Below, one piece after another: positions 1 through 64,000 of a stretch of 64,000 nucleotides of DNA (positions are counted from its first letter, which is position 1; each line of letters opens with the position of its first letter). The notes below the pieces were generated by a model. It was given only the letters and a program-made list of their open reading frames with translations. It did not search any database and was not told the DNA's origin. Both the position numbers and the translations under genes were made by a program. The stretch is from assembly GCA_964016885.1 (NCBI GenBank), contig OZ024751.1, forward strand, positions 52,390,001 to 52,454,000, written 5' to 3'. The stretch comes from Eledone cirrhosa (Eukaryota).

Positions 1-3000
1 TGGTGGTGGTGTGTTACAGTGGAGATATAGCTGTACTGTGGTGGGGGTGGGGCTGTTACTGTGGTGGTGGTGTGTTACAGTGGAGATATACCTTACTGTG
101 GTGGGGGGGGGGTTACTGTGGTGGTGGTGTGTTACAGTGGAGATATAGCTGTACTGTGGTGGGGGTGGGGTGTTACTGTGATGGTGGTGTGTTACAGTGG
201 AGATATACCTTACTGTGGTGGGGGGTGGGGTGTTACTGTGATGGTGGTGTGTTACAGTGGAGATCTAGCTGTACTGTGGTGGGGGTGGGGCTGTTACTGT
301 GATGGTGGTGTGTTACAGTGGAGATCTAGCTGTACTGTGGTGGGGGTGGGGCTGTTACTGTGATGGTGGTGTGTTACAGTGGAGATCTAGCTGTACTGTG
401 GTGGGGGTAGGGCTGTTACTGTGATGGTGGTGTGTTACAGTGGAGATCTAGCTGTACTGTGGTGGGGGGGGGGTTACTGTGATGGTGGTGTGTTACAGTG
501 GAGATATAGCTGTACTGTGGTGGGGGTGGGGGTGTTACTGTGGTGGTGGTGTGTTACAGTGGAGATATAGCTGTGGTGGGGGGTGGGGGTGTTACTGTGA
601 TGGTGGTGTGTTACAGTGGAGATATAGCTGTACTGTGGTGGGGGTGGGGTGTTACTGTGATGGTGGTGTGTTACAGTGGAGATATAGCTGTACTGTGGTG
701 GGGGTGGGGGTGTTACTGTGGTGGTGGTGTGTTACAGTGGAGATATAGCTGTACTGTGGTGGTGGTGGGGGTGTTACTGTGGTGGTGGTGTGTTACAGTG
801 GAGATATAGCTGTGGTGGGGGGTGGGGTGTTACTGTGATGGTGGTGTGTTACAGTGGAGATATAGCTGTACTGTGGTGGGGGGTGGGGTGTTACTGTGAT
901 GGTGGTGTGTTACAGTGGAGATATAGCTGTACTGTGGTGGGGGTGGGGGGGTTACTGTGGTGGTGGTGTGTTACAGTGGAGATATAGCTGTACTGTGGTG
1001 GGGGGTGGGGTGTTACTGTGATGGTGGTGTGTTACAGTGGACATATAGCTGTACTGTGGTGGGGGGGTGGGGTGTTACTGTGATGGTGGTGTGTTACAGT
1101 GGAGATATAGCTGTATTGTGGTGGGGGTGGGGGTGTTACTGTGGTGGTGGTGGTGTGTTACAGTGGAGATATAGCTGTACTGTGGTGGGGGTGGGGGTGT
1201 TACTGTGGTGGTGGTGTGTTACAGTGGAGATATAGCTGTACTGTGGTGGGGGTGGGGGTGTTACTGTGGTGGTGGTGTGTTACAGTGGAGATATACCTTA
1301 CTGTGGTGGGGGTGGGGGGGGGGTTACTGTGATGGTGGTGTGTTATAGTGGAGATACAGCTGTACTGTGGTGGGGGTGGGGGTGTTACTGTGGTGGTGGT
1401 GTGTTACAGTGGAGATATAGCTGTACTGTGGTGGGGTTGGGGCTGTTACTGTGGTGGTGGTGTGTTACAGTGGAGATATACCTTACTGTGGTGGGGGGGG
1501 GGGTTACTGTGGTGGTGGTGCGTTACAGTGGAGATATAGCTGTACTGTGGTGGGGGTGGGGTGTTACTGTGATGGTGGTGTGTTACAGTGGAGATATACC
1601 TTACTGTGGTGGGGGTGGGGTGTTACTGTGATGGTGGTGTGTTACAGTGGAGATCTAGCTGTACTGTGGTGGGGGTGGGGCTGTTACTGTGATTGTGGTG
1701 TGTTACAGTGGAGATCTAGCTGTACTGTGGTGGGGGTGGGGCTGTTACTGTGATGGCGGTGTGTTACAGTGGAGATATAGCTGTACTGTGGTGGGGGTGG
1801 GGGTGTTACTGTGGTGGTGGTGTGTTACAGTGGAGATATAGCGGAACCGTGGTGGGTGTGGGCGGGTGGGGTTACTGTGATGGTGGTGTGTTACAGTGGA
1901 GATATAGCTGTGGTGGGGGGTGGGGGTGATACTGTGATGGTGGTGTGTTACAGTGGAGATATAGCTCTACTGTGGTGGGGGTGGGGTGTTACTGTGATGG
2001 TGGTGTGTTACAGTGGAGATATAGCTGTACTGTGGTGGGGGGTGGGGTGTTACTGTGATGGTGGTGTGTTACAGTGGAGATATAGCTGTACTGTGGTGGA
2101 GGTGGGGGGTGTTACTGTGATGGTGGTGTGTTATAGTGGAGATATAGCTGTGGTGGGGGCAGGGCTGTTACTGTGATGGTGGTGTGTTACAGTGGAGATC
2201 TAGCTGTACTGTGGTGGGGGTGGGGGGGGGTTACTGTGGTGGTGGTGTGTTACAGTGGAGATCTAGCTGTACTGTGGTGGGGGTGGGGGGTTACTGTGGT
2301 GCTGGTGTGTTATAGTGGAGATATATCTGTACTGTGGTGCGGGTGTTGGGGTGTTACTGTGATGGTGGTGTGTTACAGTGGAGATATAGCGGAACCGTGG
2401 TGGGTGTGGGCGGGTGGGGTTACTGTGATGGTGGTGTGTTACAGTGGAGATATAGCTGTACTGTGGTGGGGGTGGGGGTGTTACTGTGGTGGTGGTGTGT
2501 TACAGTGGGGATATAGCTGTACTGTGGTGGGGTGTGGGGGTGTTACTGTGATGGTGGTGTGTTACAGTGGAGATCTAGCTGTACTGTGGTGGGGGTGGGG
2601 GGTGTTACTGTGGTGGTGGTGTGTTACAGTGGAGATATAGCTGTACTGTGGTGGGGTGTGGGGGTGTTACTGTGATGGTGGTGTGTTACAGTGGAGATCT
2701 AGCTGTACTGTGGTGGGGGTGGGGGTGTTACTGTGGTGGTGGTGTGTTACAGTGGAGATATAGCTGTACTGTGGTGGGGTGTGGGGGTGTTACTGTGATG
2801 GTGGTGTGTTACAGTGGAGATCTAGCTGTACTGTGGTGGGGTGTGGGGGTGTTTCTGTGGTGGTGGTGTGTTACAGTGGAGATATAGCGGAACCGTGGTG
2901 GGTGTTGGCGGTTGGGGTTACTGTGATGGTGGTGTGTTACAGTGGAGATATAGCTGTACTGTGCGGGGGGTGGGGGTGTTACTGTGGTGGTGGTGTGTTA

Positions 3001-3560
3001 CAGTGGAGATATAGCTGTACTGTGGTGGGGGTGTTACTGTGGTGGTGGGGTGTTACAGTGGAGATATTGCTGTACTGTGGTGGGGGGTGGGGGGGTTACT
3101 GTGATGGTGGTGTGTTACAGTGGAGATATAGCTGTACTGTGGTGGGGGTGGGGGTGTTACTGTGGTGGTGGTGTGTTACAGTGGAGATATAGCTGTACTG
3201 TGGTGGGGGTGGGGGTGTTACTGTGATGGTGGTGTGTTACAGTGGAGATCTAGCTGTACTGTGGTGGGGGTGAGGGTGTTACTGTGGTGGTGGTGTGTTA
3301 CAGTGGAGATATAGCTGTACTGTGGTGGGGGTGGGGTGTTACAGTGGAGAAATAGCTGTACTGTGGTGGGGGGTGGAGGGGTTACTGTGGTGGCGGTGTG
3401 TTACAGTGGAGATATAGCTGTACTGTGGTGGGGGGTGGGGGGGTTACTGTGGTGGTGGTGTTACAGTGGGGACTACAGTTGTATTGTGGTGGTGGCAGTG
3501 GTGATATGTCAGTGGGTATATAGCTGTTCTGTGGTGGTGGTGGTGTTACACTGACTATAG
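1..3560. repeat. G/T-rich satellite, about 60-bp unit (gttactgtgatggtggtgtgttacagtggagatatagctgtactgtggtgggggtgggg)
   Basis: Dozens of tandem copies with variable-length G tracts; the array runs off the window start. Confidence 0.97.
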
Positions 3561-3816
3561 CTGTACTGTGGTGGTGGTTTGGGGGATGATGTGGTGTAGG
3601 TACAGTTAGTTATAATGTGGTTTTGATAGTGGTTTTACAAGTTGAGGGATCCATCCAGATCAATTGGAGACAGTTGCTTCTTGTAGGACCTATTAGAAGG
3701 CATCCTTGAGGACTCGGCTCCCCAATGACTCTACTAGGAATAAGTGGGTAAAGAAGAAGAAGGGCATTGGTTTAACTCCACAACCTTTTCTTGATAATGT
3801 TAATATTCTCATATAA

Positions 3817-4230
3817 GTGTGGTTAATTGGTAGAGCATCGAACACATTGCCATTGCAGTATTTGTTCTGTCTCTTTATATTCTGAGTTCAAATCCGACCA
3901 AGGACAACTTTTCCTTCCATCTTTCCAGGATCAATGAAATAAGATACAAGTCAAGTACTGGAGTTGATATAATCAACTTTGTCCTTCCAACAAATTTACT
4001 GTCTTTGTGCTTAAATAAAACATCAATATTTATAGTATTATGAGATTGGTGGTATTTAGTTAGTTATGACCATTAAAGTTCTTAGACCAAATACCACCAT
4101 GGTCAACTTTTCCTTTCATCCTTTTGGAGTCAGTAAAATAAGGTAGCAGTTAAGTACTGTGGTTGTTTTAATCAACTTTAACTTCCCCCTAAATTTGCTG
4201 ACATTGTACCTAAATTGAAAATCAATATTT
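3817..4230 (+). mobile_element. two degenerate tRNA-derived SINE copies
   Basis: B-box-like gagttcaaatcc, plus ttcatc..aaataa and caagtactg core similar to better-preserved copies downstream. Confidence 0.6.
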
Positions 4231-4359
4231 ACTGTCATGTAAACTAGTGATATAGCATGGTTCTCTTATAATTTCTTTTGTTTTTATATTAGAATTTTAT
4301 ATATTTTGCTGTTTATGTTTTATAATGATGATAATATTAATGTAAATCAATTATTAAAG

Positions 4360-62225
<57,866 letters not shown>

Positions 62226-63276
62226 GTAAGTTGGATTCCATTGTTTACTTTTAATTTCATGGAGTTATACCTGATATTTCTCATAGAACTTCTATTTGTT
62301 TACGACTTGAGAGTCTCTGCAATATGGTAACAGTTGTAATGTAATATTAGAGTAAACTCTGTTAGAGTTGATGCATAACCTTTTTTCAGGAAGTGGTCAG
62401 TCTTTGAGATTCATGAACTACCAAATATATATTTACTATCAACACAATAGGATGTGAAACTCTCCATGGTCCACATAAACCTTGGTATGGACCACATGTG
62501 GTGTAGGTAGACAATCTAACCCCACACTAAACATGTTGACTCCTTCCACTATCCATGTAGCCATATGGTACACATAGACAATGTGTGCTCCAAACTATCT
62601 ATCCATTTTACCCATGAGGTACAGATAGACTACCCATGTAGCCATGTGGTATAGATAGGCAATGTAATCCACATGTGATACAAACAGACCAAGTGTGTCA
62701 CCCCCACACACATGCACTACCAATGTGGTACAGATAAACAATTTTAGCTCCATGCTACTCATGTAGTCATGTGGTACTAACAGACAATGTAATCGCCACA
62801 CTACTCATGTTATCATGTGGTATTCATGTAGCAGTGAATTTTCTCTCTACACCAAACTTCCAGTCCCTGTGAGTTTAGCTCATCACCACCTACTCCTCTC
62901 TCTCTCTCTCTTTCAAGAAGAAGAAGAAAAATTTACATTGGTTGTCACCAATTGATGCACTGAATGACCCTGATCATTGCTATGGAAACATTATTTTAAA
63001 AAAAATTAAAATTTTATCACATATTTCATTAATCAATTATATTGTGACCCTCTCTAGAAATAGTTCTCACACAGCTAGAATATTTGAGGATGCTGTTTTC
63101 TTATTTTAGAAAACGAAAATGGGAAGTTATGGTGTTCATGCCTTTTTATAGAACAATATGTATATCTGTTGAAAACCTATAACTACTACTACCATTACTA
63201 CAACTATTACTACCACTATTACTGAAGTAAATATGGTAACACATGTTGTTGTTGTTGTTGTTATTATTATTATTAT

Positions 63277-63379
63277 TCAAATCCCGCCGAGGTTGACTTT
63301 GCCTTTCATCCTTATGGGGTCGATAAAATAAAGTACCAGTAATGCACTGGGTAATTGCCTTGTGCCTAAAGTAGAAACA

Positions 63380-63410
<31 letters not shown>

Positions 63411-63615
63411 ATTTATAATAACTCTATGCTGAAAAGCATAGCGTCAGACATCATGCTTTACAGCATAGAGTTGTGGCCCCTTACGTTCTGAGTTTAAATC
63501 ATGCCAAGATTAACTTTGTTTTTCATCCTTATATGGTCAATAAAATAAAGCACCAGTAATGCACTGGGGTAATTGCTGGCCTTGTGCCAAAAGTAGAAAC
63601 AATTATTATTATTAT
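63277..63615 (+). mobile_element. two 5'-truncated tRNA-derived SINEs with (ATT)n tails
   Basis: Family core and tail. Confidence 0.8.
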
Positions 63616-64000
63616 TCAGGATATAAAGAAACGTTATTGCAAAACTGGACGTACCATTAACCCACTACATCTTTGAAGGTAGAGTAAAACAATTTAAAGA
63701 AATGTTATTTTAAAACTGGAATTAATGTTACCTAATGTTCCTTTGATAATAGAGTGAAATGGTGTGTATCTTAAACTCTTCTAGCAATACTTGGACAGGG
63801 CTCCTATCCACTATCATTGGACCCTCCCCTCTTCTATCTTGACTAGAGTGAAAGGGTGTGTATCTTAAACTCTGCTAGCTCTAACTAGCAGTACTTGGAC
63901 AGGGCTTCCATCCAGGATTATTGGACCCTTCTTCCATATCTTGACTTTGAAATGCTAGGTTGTTGTTTTTTTGGCCTATGTTGAAAAGGGTGATGGTTTG

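Noticed and set aside
3-3554. Many W/G/V/C-rich ORFs
   Set aside because: Products of the ~60-bp satellite, with frequent frameshifting G-tract indels.

Overview
Eukaryotic, AT-rich, microsatellite- and SINE-dense genomic DNA; the repeat content suggests an octopus or other coleoid cephalopod (inference). The whole window lies inside one + strand multi-exon gene, the C-terminal half of a MICAL (MICAL3/Drosophila Mical-like) F-actin monooxygenase. I traced 11 phase-compatible GT-AG exons (4360-62225, 4978 nt, about 1659 aa). They encode the post-LIM TPERVEFEN motif, an acidic and Ser/Pro-rich region including a 3.6-kb giant exon, and most of the Rab-binding bMERB domain. The N-terminal domains and the last exon(s) are outside the window. 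Introns hold two large satellites (1-3560, 18580-25860), many mini- and microsatellites, tRNA-derived SINEs, TTAA-flanked MITEs and decayed LINEs. All other long ORFs in the track are repeat artefacts. Most notable observations: a frame-preserving 45-nt candidate microexon inside bMERB; a roughly 980-bp near-perfect foldback; an inverted young-SINE pair bracketing two exons (dsRNA/ADAR/circRNA candidate); a predicted type I hammerhead ribozyme; and a strong same-orientation bias of the intronic repeats. I found no convincing wholly new protein-coding system.
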